Source: an uncultured virus (IMG/VR IMGVR_UViG_3300042569_001770)
Lineage: Duplodnaviria > Heunggongvirae > Uroviricota > Caudoviricetes
IMG/VR virus record: IMGVR_UViG_3300042569_001770
Direction: 5' to 3' (one strand)
Length of the DNA stretch: 60,188 nt
Each line of letters opens with the position of its first letter. Positions within the stretch are counted from its first letter, which is position 1. The translations under genes and the position numbers were made by a program. Of this stretch, positions 21,174 to 30,976 are shown in pieces. The notes beneath the pieces were generated by a model. The model was not told where the DNA came from. It ran no database searches and was given only the letters and a program-made list of their open reading frames with translations.

Positions 21174-21407
21174 TTAAATTGGTTTAGCTAAAAAGTTTTG
21201 AATTTCTGATTTTTTGTTTACAAATGCACCGTTAATGAAAACAGGTGCTCCTTGTAGTTTCTTTATTTCCATAATTTCATTAAAGTTCTCTTCAGTAATT
21301 TCTACTTCCGAGACTACGGATGGAAATTCGCGCTTAGGTATATTTTCGTGAACGAAACCAAAAAATAAACCTTTTTCGTTTATAATTGCTTTGTTTGGGT
21401 ATTTCAT
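21174..21407 (-). CDS. Hypothetical protein
   Basis: 77 aa ORF in operon. Confidence 0.6.
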   Translation of the reverse strand: MKYPNKAIINEKGLFFGFVHENIPKREFPSVVSEVEITEENFNEIMEIKKLQGAPVFINGAFVNKKSEIQNFLAKPI

Positions 21408-21432
21408 AATTTTTTATATTTTAAATTTTTTT

Positions 21433-21468
21433 AAAAAACCCTAGACAGGATTAGAACCTATCTAGGGC
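21433..21468 (-). terminator. Rho-independent terminator after fibre gene
   Basis: Minus strand CCCTAGATAGG TTCTAAT CCTGTCTAGGG TTTTTT. Confidence 0.8.
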
Positions 21469-21490
21469 TTATGTTAATTTATTCTATTTC

Positions 21491-23671
21491 TTAGAAGCTT
21501 CCGCCATCAAGAACAGAAATCATGTAATCTACATAATTTTTGGTTGCGGCTGAATTACTTTGAGTTGGTTCAGCAACGGTTACTTCACCATCGAATGATG
21601 CTGTGCCATTACCATTAATAACAGATTGACCACCAGAACCATTATTAACAACTACGCTTGTATTTGCATTTATTTGGCCTTCGACGGTAACAATACCCAT
21701 TACTGTTTGCTCACCGGTATTGGTTAAATCTAGATAGTTTGTTTCAATTGTAGAAACGCGAGTATCAAGAGCATCCTCAGCGGCTGTTGCACGGCTAACT
21801 TCGTCAGAAATTGTGCTGTTTAAAGTAGCAACTTCATCGGTAATTCTTTGATCAAGAGTAGCAGAAACAGAAGCTAAAGTTGTTGAAACATTACCAATGT
21901 TAGTGGCAATAGTAGCAGCAAAGTTTTCGTCATCGTTAATAGCAGAAGCTAACTCATTAAGAGTATTAAGAAGCTCTGGAGCACCATCAACGAGGTTAGC
22001 AATAGCTGTATCAACATAACCCTTGTTAGCAGCATGACCATTTAAGGTTGGTGTAGCTACTTCAACTGTACCAGAGAACTTACCATTACCGACAACTTCG
22101 AATGCTTCAGAAGGAGTTTCGGTATTAATACCTACAACACCATCTCCAACAAACAATGAGGTCGATGCACCACCACCACTGATTTCTATACCACCAGTAG
22201 CAGAGATAGTACCAATAACATCTAAATCACCAGTAACTGTTCCGCCAGTGCGTTTGTCGAGGTAGTTACCAGAGATCTCACTTACGAGAGAGCTAATAGC
22301 ACCTTCTGCTGCTGTAGCGCGAGTTACTTCATTAGCTAAATCAGAGGCAAGAGCAGCTGAAACTGATTGAACAGTTGTATTCAATGTTGAAACTTCTGAA
22401 GCAATCGCACTCTCAAGTGTTGAAATTTCTGAATCAATTTTGGAATCGAGAGCAGCTTCAGCAGCTTCTGCGCGAGTAACTTCTGCAGCTAAATCAGAAG
22501 TAAGAACTCCCTCAGCGGCTGTTGCACGATCAACTTCGTCAGAAATTGTGCTGTTTAAAGTAGCAACTTCATCGGTAATTCTTTGATCAAGAGTTGCAGA
22601 AATGGATGCAAGGTTAGTCGAACCGTTGTTTGCAAGCAATGAAATAGCGCTATTAATATCATTATCAGCTTGTTGGAAAGCATCAACAATTTCTACTAAT
22701 GAATTAAGTGCAGTAGCATCGACATTACTAAGAACGTTGTCAACACGGGTGTTAACAGCAGCTAAGTCTGAAGCAAGAGCAGAAGAAACGGATTGAACAG
22801 TAGTGTTCAATGTCGAAACTTCTGAAGCAATTGCGCTTTCAAGATCAGCAACTTCTGAGTCAATTTTAGAATCAAGGGATGCAGAAACTGCAGCCATTGC
22901 AGTGCTTAGAGCACCTTCAGCGGTAGTTGCGCGACTAACTTCAGCAGCTAAGTCTGAAGTAAGTGTAGCAGAAACTGAAGCAACGGTTGAATTTAATGTT
23001 GAAACTTCTGAAGCAATTGCGCTTTCAAGATCAGCAACTTCTGAGTCAATTTTAGAATCAAGAGTTGAAGAAACAGAAGCAACAGTTGTATTTAAAGTTG
23101 AAACAGAGCTATCAATTTTGGAGTCAAGAGCAGCTTCAGCAGCAGTTGCGCGAGCTACCTCGTCAGAGAGAGCTTGTGCAGAATCTGCTTCTAAGGCGTC
23201 TAGCTCTGATTGCAAAGAACCAGAAATTGATGCCATGGTTGTGTTAACTGTATTAAGAGTGCTAACAAGATTTGATGCAAAGTTTTCGTCATCACCCAAA
23301 GCAGCAGCCAACTCGTTAAGAGTATTGAGTGCTTCTGGAGCCATGTCGATGACTGCAGCAATTTGTGAATCAATCTTAGCGTCAAGAGTGCTTGAAACCG
23401 AAGCAACTGTACTGTTTAAAGCGGCAACTTCATCTGTTACTCTTAAATCAAGAGTTCCTATTTGTGATTGTAGGTCTGCAGAAATTGAACCAACAAGAGT
23501 GTTGGTAGCAAATTCACCAGAGCCTCCGATAGGTATTACACCATTTTCAGAACCATAGTATAATACTGAGTTAATTTCGTTGAATGCCAATTCACCACCG
23601 GAAAGAAATGCAGGAGCACCTGCTTCACCAGTAGTACGGCGTTTAATAAGGATTGTGTTGATGTTTGACAT
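21491..23671 (-). CDS. Long coiled-coil fibre protein with Mtd-type N-terminus
   Basis: ILIKRR...GELAFNE N-terminus; APE.LNTLNELA.A..DDENFA fibre repeats; EV.RATAAE repeats; AATKNYVD; C-terminal DGGSF. Confidence 0.8.
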   Translation of the reverse strand: MSNINTILIKRRTTGEAGAPAFLSGGELAFNEINSVLYYGSENGVIPIGGSGEFATNTLVGSISADLQSQIGTLDLRVTDEVAALNSTVASVSSTLDAKIDSQIAAVIDMAPEALNTLNELAAALGDDENFASNLVSTLNTVNTTMASISGSLQSELDALEADSAQALSDEVARATAAEAALDSKIDSSVSTLNTTVASVSSTLDSKIDSEVADLESAIASEVSTLNSTVASVSATLTSDLAAEVSRATTAEGALSTAMAAVSASLDSKIDSEVADLESAIASEVSTLNTTVQSVSSALASDLAAVNTRVDNVLSNVDATALNSLVEIVDAFQQADNDINSAISLLANNGSTNLASISATLDQRITDEVATLNSTISDEVDRATAAEGVLTSDLAAEVTRAEAAEAALDSKIDSEISTLESAIASEVSTLNTTVQSVSAALASDLANEVTRATAAEGAISSLVSEISGNYLDKRTGGTVTGDLDVIGTISATGGIEISGGGASTSLFVGDGVVGINTETPSEAFEVVGNGKFSGTVEVATPTLNGHAANKGYVDTAIANLVDGAPELLNTLNELASAINDDENFAATIATNIGNVSTTLASVSATLDQRITDEVATLNSTISDEVSRATAAEDALDTRVSTIETNYLDLTNTGEQTVMGIVTVEGQINANTSVVVNNGSGGQSVINGNGTASFDGEVTVAEPTQSNSAATKNYVDYMISVLDGGSF

Positions 23672-23743
23672 AATTAGTATAAGTACCGCGGTGCGGCATA
23701 TATACTTAGTCTAAAGGGGGGGCAAAATGCAAAAAAAAAAAAA

Positions 23744-24043
23744 TTAAAAAGTACCACCATTAACTATGCCCTTATTATAAAAAACATAAGTCTCCTGCCA
23801 TCCGGCTGTCAACGATTCCTGCATTGTATCAACTTCTTCAATTGTTTCTTGCCATTTAGCAGTTAATGATTCCTGCATAGTATCAACTTCTTCAATTGTT
23901 TCTAAAGACCTGGAAGACAACGAACAAAGGATATTTATATCTCTAAGTATCGAATAAAATTGTTGTAAATTGGGTGAACTATCATCTATAATAATATTAA
24001 TATCATTTTTGCTTTCGTTTATAGAAATATTAAGGTCATTCAT
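23744..24043 (-). CDS. Small structural protein with 18 aa tandem duplication
   Basis: ETIEEVDTMQESLTA(K/G)WQ twice; C-terminal NGGTF. Confidence 0.6.
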   Translation of the reverse strand: MNDLNISINESKNDINIIIDDSSPNLQQFYSILRDINILCSLSSRSLETIEEVDTMQESLTAKWQETIEEVDTMQESLTAGWQETYVFYNKGIVNGGTF

Positions 24044-24384
24044 CTTGTTATATTAGGAAGTATTTTCCATTCTCCTGTTAAATACGTTTTTTTATTCCCG
24101 TTAGGAAAAGTTATTTTAAGATCATAATTATACAACCCTGGTGGTATATTAATATCTTGTGAAGGAACATTAATAACCCCACCCACCGCAGATATTATTA
24201 GTATGGTGTTTTTCAATGTAGAAAATTCATAAACTAAAGGAGAAGCTAAATTGTGTAAAGATCTGATTTGCATAACAATCTTACAATTATTCAAATTAAC
24301 TGGTATATTTGTTTCTGAAATAATCATGGAATTTATGCCATTCCATGTATCACCACTAATGTGTTCTGGAAAATTATAATTCAT
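24040..24384 (-). CDS. Small beta-sandwich fibre adaptor (BppU N-terminal-like)
   Basis: GDTW, MQIR, G.YNYDLKI, TYL.G....P.ITR pattern. Confidence 0.55.
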   Translation of the reverse strand: MNYNFPEHISGDTWNGINSMIISETNIPVNLNNCKIVMQIRSLHNLASPLVYEFSTLKNTILIISAVGGVINVPSQDINIPPGLYNYDLKITFPNGNKKTYLTGEWKILPNITR

Positions 24385-24389
24385 AAATT

Positions 24390-26258
24390 TTAAACATTTT
24401 CTGTATTTTCTGTTTCGGGAGCGATTGTTGTTTGTGTTTCAGGTACGGGGGGTTCTGTTCCTGCCTCTGTTGCCGGAGATTCTGTTTCAGTGGCACTAGC
24501 TGCTCCAAATTCTGGTATAGGTGCCGAAGCCTCTTCTCCACTCACTCCAGCTTCTGTGGCTGCTGCGGATGCAGCTTCTTGTTGTTCTCTCCAATTTGGA
24601 CCAGCGCCTGAGATTTGATCTAATTCCCATTTAAGTGCCGCGTCCTTACGTTTCCACTCCATGTTTTCACTTATAGAAGCGTCTGTCATACCCAAATAGT
24701 GTCTTTGTGCAAATGTGTTAGATATACCGTCATTTTGGGACATATCTGAGAAATTTTTAAGTTTCAATTCTAGCAATTGCTGTTGGCGAATTGCAAAGAA
24801 ATTAGACGGAGGAATAAATTCCAAATTAAAATAAGATTCGTGTAATCGACGTTCTTTCCACCAACCGGTCAATTTAAGATGAGTCACAAAAGCATCTTTA
24901 AATCCAGTTGCAAATTGGGTTTGAAGTCTAACTATAAATTTAGCGAATCTTAATTCTTCCTTCAATATCTCCGCACCGTCTTTGAAAGTTTCTTGTGGAT
25001 TAAGTCTACTTGTAGGAACCTTTAAACTCTTATATAATTTTAATACAAAATAATTTAAATCATCAAGTTGTCCTAAATTTTGCCCGCCTTGTAATACCTG
25101 AACATCAGATCCTTGTTCTCCTGCTCTTTTGGCAAACCAAAACGAATCCATCATGGATTGGGGGTCATATATATTACCAGCTGCACCCTGACCTCCTCCG
25201 GATGCGTTTCCGCTCTGTGAATCGTAAGTTTTCTTACTCCAATATTTCTGCATCAGTTGTTTAATGTAAGCTTCTGCTTTTGCTGGCGGCATATTACCAA
25301 CGTCAATAACAAACTTCAAACGTTCTGGAGCCCTTACCATTCTGTAAATGATAATAGCATCTTCCAAGAGAGATAAAAGTTTATATGCTCTACGGCAATT
25401 TTCTATGAATGGTAACCTTATAGTAGAGTCATCATTCCATATACTTGAATGGATGTATGTTACTTGATTTGATTCTAAAGTAACGATTTGATGCTGAAGA
25501 GAATTTGCTGGATTAATGTTGTTATTTGGATTAGCACCCGGTACTATTTGTTGCTGCAAATTAACTGGTTTTTGAAAAACAAAATTTTGTATAATATTAT
25601 TTTGTATGTTATCGTAAACTGGATTAATCAATTCCCCTGGAACGTTTAAAACACCAATGACACCTAAATCTTTCTTTTCATTATGTACTATATTTTCAAA
25701 AAATATTTCCCCTTCTGTTAAAAATTGTCTACAATAACCCCATCCTTTGCCTTCTAAATCGTATATTTGTATGAAGTTGTAAAATTCTTTTTCTAATTCA
25801 TTTCTTACCTCATCTGTAATATTACCACTTCTGTTGAAATTTATTTTTACTACTCGACCGTTTTCGTCTTTGTTTATAAATTCATCACATATTTCATCCA
25901 AACAATCTGAAACTTCTGCAAAAGAAGCCATTCTCCGATATTCTGCAACGCGACGTATTTTATCCGTATCTACGTTTGCATAGATATAATGATGATAACC
26001 CTGATCAGCAGAAAAAAGATTTGAAGGACTTCCTGATGCAAAATTGTCTTGATTAATATAAGGACCAGCCAATACAGACTGTTGCATGACCTTCATTTCA
26101 TACCTTTTAGATAATCTATCAAAAAGATCGTATTTAGGATTTCCGGTATCGGTCTCTACAACTCCTTGTACATAAGGTAGTTTTGATAAAAGAGAAGATA
26201 TAAAAGTTCTGCCGTTATCTGGTTGTCTGTTTGATGATTGTGGAAAAAATTCAGCCAT
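24390..26258 (-). CDS. gp20: Portal vertex protein gp20-like
   Basis: YRRMA, LEDAIIIYRMVRAPER..F.IDVGNMP..KAE.Y, GGQNLG, LYKSLKVP.SR, ELRFAKFI.RLQ. Confidence 0.97.
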   Translation of the reverse strand: MAEFFPQSSNRQPDNGRTFISSLLSKLPYVQGVVETDTGNPKYDLFDRLSKRYEMKVMQQSVLAGPYINQDNFASGSPSNLFSADQGYHHYIYANVDTDKIRRVAEYRRMASFAEVSDCLDEICDEFINKDENGRVVKINFNRSGNITDEVRNELEKEFYNFIQIYDLEGKGWGYCRQFLTEGEIFFENIVHNEKKDLGVIGVLNVPGELINPVYDNIQNNIIQNFVFQKPVNLQQQIVPGANPNNNINPANSLQHQIVTLESNQVTYIHSSIWNDDSTIRLPFIENCRRAYKLLSLLEDAIIIYRMVRAPERLKFVIDVGNMPPAKAEAYIKQLMQKYWSKKTYDSQSGNASGGGQGAAGNIYDPQSMMDSFWFAKRAGEQGSDVQVLQGGQNLGQLDDLNYFVLKLYKSLKVPTSRLNPQETFKDGAEILKEELRFAKFIVRLQTQFATGFKDAFVTHLKLTGWWKERRLHESYFNLEFIPPSNFFAIRQQQLLELKLKNFSDMSQNDGISNTFAQRHYLGMTDASISENMEWKRKDAALKWELDQISGAGPNWREQQEAASAAATEAGVSGEEASAPIPEFGAASATETESPATEAGTEPPVPETQTTIAPETENTENV

Positions 26259-26308
26259 GGTATTTTATATTATAAGTTATTTATGCAATTTTTCAATTAA
26301 TTAACTCC

Positions 26309-29300
26309 TTATCCTTCTTCATCTATAACGAAATCGAGATAATCTTGAGCCCCGGAGTTGTAATTGATAAGTTCAAAGAACTCTGGTTGTTCTTGATCCA
26401 GTGGCTTACGGTTAGAAGCCATATTTTCTCTATACACTTGTGGATCATTATTTCGTATATTATCTTCTTCACCTGCTATGTTGTATTCTAGGATATTTGC
26501 ATCAAGTTTTGTTTTGAACAAAGCATAATTGAAGCCAAATAAATCTGTACGCCATTGAGTAATGATACCCAAATCCCAATAGGATGTGGTTCCTAAACTT
26601 ACTAACAATCCCTTTCTTCTTTTTTGATATTCTGCAGTTGAAAGTTCTCCACGATAATTTATTCCTTTGCCAGTCCACCTCATTCGGGAATCGTAAAATT
26701 GTGTATCGTCTGAAGCTTTACTAGGCCCGTGAATGGTTGATCCATATACCTCATAATCACTTTGATAACCTGTAAATTTTTGTGTAGCTACAGTGTTATT
26801 TATTGTACCAGAACGCATTCCCGTACCATACGGTATCATCATCCATCGATTATCTATAGATGATATTTTTACAGGTGAATAATGGTCTGTTTTTGAAAGA
26901 CCTTGTACTATAGGCCCATATTTTTGCGGATCTAAAAATATTTTTTCTACATTGTTTTGTTCTAACTCTGCAATTCTTTTTTCATCCAATTCTATAGTAT
27001 AGCCTCTCCCGTTAAAGTACGGCACACCCAAACGAGTAGGTAATCTATATTCTCCTACCTGTTTTTTAGATACGAAATTATTAGTATAAGGTAAAGTTGC
27101 TACAGTAGGAAAATTAACATTGTCTAAATGTTTATATGGAGATTCGGCTTCCAATACCATACCAGTTAATAAAGACGAATATGTAGGTAAGCATTTATTT
27201 ATTAAAAATAAATCCTGTCCAAAAGTAAAAGGAGATCTAGCATAATAATTGTATTTTGCTGGCTTAAATTCATAAAAACCTTCTATTAGCATATCAGAAG
27301 CTTCATGTGTTTGTTTAACTATATAATCTATTTTATCATGTTTAAATAAATTATTAAGATTAGAATATTGTTTAGTAAATTCTAATTTATTCCAACGATA
27401 ATCAGACAAATATTGCTCAAACGGTACTTCTTCTTTAATGGATAATTTTTCGGCTTTATTTCGTATATATTCTATAAAATCCCCATTTTCTAATACAGTC
27501 ATGGAGACTTCTGGTTGTTCCAAGGGCATATAATCTAACCATCTTATATGCCCTCCGAGATATTGGGTACCCTTATCAAAATTATTTTGAGTGTCTATGT
27601 CCGAATAAGCTTTGCCCCAAAATGGTTTTGCACCAAAGTACCCCGGCAATCCGTTTGGTGCTAATCTATGATTAAGATAATCCCAACCCCCCAATTTTAA
27701 TTTAATTTTAAAATTAACAGAAGGTTGTCTAAAATTTTGATAAGAATCAAAAGGAGATGTATATTCTACATAATCCCTATGTATATAAGTTAAAAAATCA
27801 CCTGGATTTAAAACCATATCACTAAATTCTGTAGTTTCTGTCCATTCGCCGTTAGTATCTCTAACCAGTTTCATCCAAACAGCATCCATATTTTGACAAT
27901 TATTAGTTCTATGAGCTATATTTCTTATTATTCCAGTATAATCTTCATTATCATTTACTTCTGTATAACGTTGTAAATCAAAATATTTTCCAGGAGAAGC
28001 CATTTCTTCTAAAAGATTATTGACTTTAGATAATTGTCCTACATCCACACAATGTATTTCCACGCCACTATTTTTTAAATCTTTACTATAAGGAAGAGAT
28101 TTTCCTTTTGTATTTTCTTTTGTTTCCGCGCCGTCACTTATTACAAAAATACGTTTTAAAGCTCCGGCTTGCGGCATATTTAAAACAGAAACTTTACGAG
28201 CCGCTCTTATAGTAGCATTAATATCTCTACACAGTCTGTTAAAGTCTATTATAGATTTTTGATTATCTTCTGTAATAGTTTTAGTAAGCAATTCATTAGC
28301 TAATTGCAAAGCACCGTACAAATTTGTTCTGTAAGCAGACAATCCACTAAGGTCTACTCTGTCAATTTTATTATAAAAATCTAAAAGATCTGGTGTATTT
28401 GACAAGTATGAACATCTATATTCGTTCTCATCAAAAACTACTATAGCTATTTGGGCGTTGTTTGGGTTGTCTAAAATAATACGTTCTACCAGTTGTTTAG
28501 TTAAATCTAAATTTTCTTTTTGTGACATGCTTATGTCTACCACTAAAACCATATCATAGGGTTGTGTATTGATGCAAGTGGTCGGAGGGTTTTTGTAATA
28601 ATAATTTAAAACTATTAAAGGTGCTTCTTCCGCTAACAAAGTTTTAAATTTAGTACGACTATAGGTATATCTTCTTCCAGTTTTTAAAATCATTCTAGAA
28701 CCTGTAGAGGTTTTCCACTTACCGTAACCCCAACCAACATCATTAGAGTTATTTTCATTTAATTGATAAAAAGAAAATTGCGGACTCTTTTTATAATCTA
28801 ACCCTCTAGTATCTTTCCAAGTATTGAAAGCAAAATCTTCTTCCATGCCTTGTGGATCTGCAAATAACATATCCGTAACACCACCATATTCCGTTACAGT
28901 ATTTCCTTTATGTCCTACTGGAGAATAATTTACAGATCTGCAATTACATTTTTTCCACTTAAAATCTTCTGGTCTTAATGGAATTGGATTAAGATAATCC
29001 TGATTATCATAATAATCGCCTGTATCAGAACTATATGGACAATTAATTTGATGTTCTCTATAACGTATAACCTCATCAACCGGGGTGTCAATATCTCCCC
29101 ATATAAAAGATATTTTTTTACCACTTTTTATAGCTGTATGTAATCCAGTTTGTTGCGCACCTTGTATATACTTTGCACAAAATAAAGGATCTGCCTTAGT
29201 TGAATATATAGGTATTTCTTCTGCTATAGTATTTAAATCTGAGACATTAGAAGCTCTTAGCCAAGCTGCTTCAACTGGATTACCGTCTCTTCCGTCTAAT

Positions 29301-30973
29301 TTATAAATGATATCTGACATATCATAAGTTAAACCCGCAACCGCTCCTTGAAAACTTTTCGAAGTATCAGTATCTAAAAGTCTTATCGGAAGGCAAAAAT
29401 CTTTATCTATAGTGACTGGTATGTTTTCCAGATCGTCTGCTATTTTTTTGAGAGGCCATATAATATTATTAATTCCACTCGTTATAGGCAAATCTGTATT
29501 TTCAAATTTATATAAAAATGAAATTTCTGTAGAGTCCGTTCCGTCATTAGTTTCTAAAAAAGCATTATATATGGCATTTTTATTTTTATTTGTTTTTTGT
29601 TTAATTATTACATCTGAATCAACCGTAGATTCTCCTGCTAAAACATTATAATTGTAAAATCCAGTTTCATTTAAATAAACCGGAAGACTAGTTAAACTCG
29701 GTGTCGGCAAACTATAATATTTTTCTAAAATAAAATTCTTTTCTTCGTTAGGCAAAAAGTAAAAATATTTGTTAGAATCGTCATTAAGAGAGTGCCCCTT
29801 CCATTGATTTGTTATTTTTGTTAATTCAAAACCAGTATACGGCCATAAGAATTGTCTTCTTTCATTAGAATCTACATTGAAAGAAACTGTATGTTTACTT
29901 TTTTCCGTTCTTGGACCCATCAACCAAGCACCTTCTATGTATCCTTTTTTGTCTGTAAAAATTAAATCTGATTCCTGATAAGAAGATCCACCAGTTGCAC
30001 CGCTTAAAACAAAATTAGTACTGTTTACTTCTATGGGGTGGTAAATGTTATCTATGTAATCATGATTATAAATCTTATCCCCACTCGGCCAATAAAACCA
30101 ATTATTGCCTTGTTCTATATTCAAATTGACAGTGTAATCTGCAAATTCTTTTAAATTTGTTTTAATAGCAGTTAAACCGTACAAATCCCTGCCCAAATAC
30201 TTTTGATTTGCTGCAAGATTATTGACAGCATTTAAATAATCATACTCATTTATGCTACCGGGCCCGTCTATATACAAATAACTTAAAAACAATTCAGACA
30301 GAGGTGTATTAGCTATACGAGGTTTTAATGCAGCGGATAAAAGACCCAGTAGCTGATCTTCGGTCAAATTATTTTGATAAGGGAAGGAATTTAATAAAGC
30401 TTCAACGTCTACATAATTAGAAGATTCTACCACTGGAGATTGATCAAAATAATTTGATTTATCATACAATTCCTCTATTTCTATATAAAAAGTATTATTA
30501 ACATTTTTAAGTTGTGGCAAAACATCACCCAATTGATTATAAGCAACGGGTATCAAATTGCCTCGTGAAGTAAAACTGCGCAACAAATACTCGTATAATA
30601 AAATTTCTATACCCCTACCAGAAGAAGATAAATTATATTTTAATTTAGATTTTTTTACACTTTCTCTTTTGACAGTATATCCTTTAATTATGTTCTTTAT
30701 TTTACTTGTAAAATAAGGTAAAGCATTTATTAAATCTTCTTTGCTGTCCAAATTTAAATCTGCTATAAAAGGATCTTTTTTTTCGTCTTTAAATAAAAAT
30801 TTTATATCCTTTAATAACTGAATATAATCTTCCTTTATATTAGAACGAGGAGCCCCCTGGGCTTTATACCAATTTACTAAATATTTTGAATATCCTTCAT
30901 AATCATCCGTAGCAGCCAAACCATTTCTGGATAACCAAGCATCATAAGAAAGAGGTTTTAATTCGTCATTCAT
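26309..30973 (-). CDS. Large structural protein containing a von Willebrand A domain
   Basis: DMVLVVDISMS (MIDAS DxSxS), TNLYGAL, FVISDG; 1554 aa in late operon. Confidence 0.7.
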   Translation of the reverse strand: MNDELKPLSYDAWLSRNGLAATDDYEGYSKYLVNWYKAQGAPRSNIKEDYIQLLKDIKFLFKDEKKDPFIADLNLDSKEDLINALPYFTSKIKNIIKGYTVKRESVKKSKLKYNLSSSGRGIEILLYEYLLRSFTSRGNLIPVAYNQLGDVLPQLKNVNNTFYIEIEELYDKSNYFDQSPVVESSNYVDVEALLNSFPYQNNLTEDQLLGLLSAALKPRIANTPLSELFLSYLYIDGPGSINEYDYLNAVNNLAANQKYLGRDLYGLTAIKTNLKEFADYTVNLNIEQGNNWFYWPSGDKIYNHDYIDNIYHPIEVNSTNFVLSGATGGSSYQESDLIFTDKKGYIEGAWLMGPRTEKSKHTVSFNVDSNERRQFLWPYTGFELTKITNQWKGHSLNDDSNKYFYFLPNEEKNFILEKYYSLPTPSLTSLPVYLNETGFYNYNVLAGESTVDSDVIIKQKTNKNKNAIYNAFLETNDGTDSTEISFLYKFENTDLPITSGINNIIWPLKKIADDLENIPVTIDKDFCLPIRLLDTDTSKSFQGAVAGLTYDMSDIIYKLDGRDGNPVEAAWLRASNVSDLNTIAEEIPIYSTKADPLFCAKYIQGAQQTGLHTAIKSGKKISFIWGDIDTPVDEVIRYREHQINCPYSSDTGDYYDNQDYLNPIPLRPEDFKWKKCNCRSVNYSPVGHKGNTVTEYGGVTDMLFADPQGMEEDFAFNTWKDTRGLDYKKSPQFSFYQLNENNSNDVGWGYGKWKTSTGSRMILKTGRRYTYSRTKFKTLLAEEAPLIVLNYYYKNPPTTCINTQPYDMVLVVDISMSQKENLDLTKQLVERIILDNPNNAQIAIVVFDENEYRCSYLSNTPDLLDFYNKIDRVDLSGLSAYRTNLYGALQLANELLTKTITEDNQKSIIDFNRLCRDINATIRAARKVSVLNMPQAGALKRIFVISDGAETKENTKGKSLPYSKDLKNSGVEIHCVDVGQLSKVNNLLEEMASPGKYFDLQRYTEVNDNEDYTGIIRNIAHRTNNCQNMDAVWMKLVRDTNGEWTETTEFSDMVLNPGDFLTYIHRDYVEYTSPFDSYQNFRQPSVNFKIKLKLGGWDYLNHRLAPNGLPGYFGAKPFWGKAYSDIDTQNNFDKGTQYLGGHIRWLDYMPLEQPEVSMTVLENGDFIEYIRNKAEKLSIKEEVPFEQYLSDYRWNKLEFTKQYSNLNNLFKHDKIDYIVKQTHEASDMLIEGFYEFKPAKYNYYARSPFTFGQDLFLINKCLPTYSSLLTGMVLEAESPYKHLDNVNFPTVATLPYTNNFVSKKQVGEYRLPTRLGVPYFNGRGYTIELDEKRIAELEQNNVEKIFLDPQKYGPIVQGLSKTDHYSPVKISSIDNRWMMIPYGTGMRSGTINNTVATQKFTGYQSDYEVYGSTIHGPSKASDDTQFYDSRMRWTGKGINYRGELSTAEYQKRRKGLLVSLGTTSYWDLGIITQWRTDLFGFNYALFKTKLDANILEYNIAGEEDNIRNNDPQVYRENMASNRKPLDQEQPEFFELINYNSGAQDYLDFVIDEEG

Positions 30974-30976
30974 ATA

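Noticed and set aside
22803..23558. 251 aa plus-strand ORF and similar antisense ORFs over gp23, LamG and early genes
   Set aside because: Shadow ORFs caused by codon bias and repeats of the real opposite-strand genes
17404..23671. Diversity-generating retroelement acting on fibre genes
   Set aside because: No reverse transcriptase in the window and no TR/VR pair with adenine-specific differences seen
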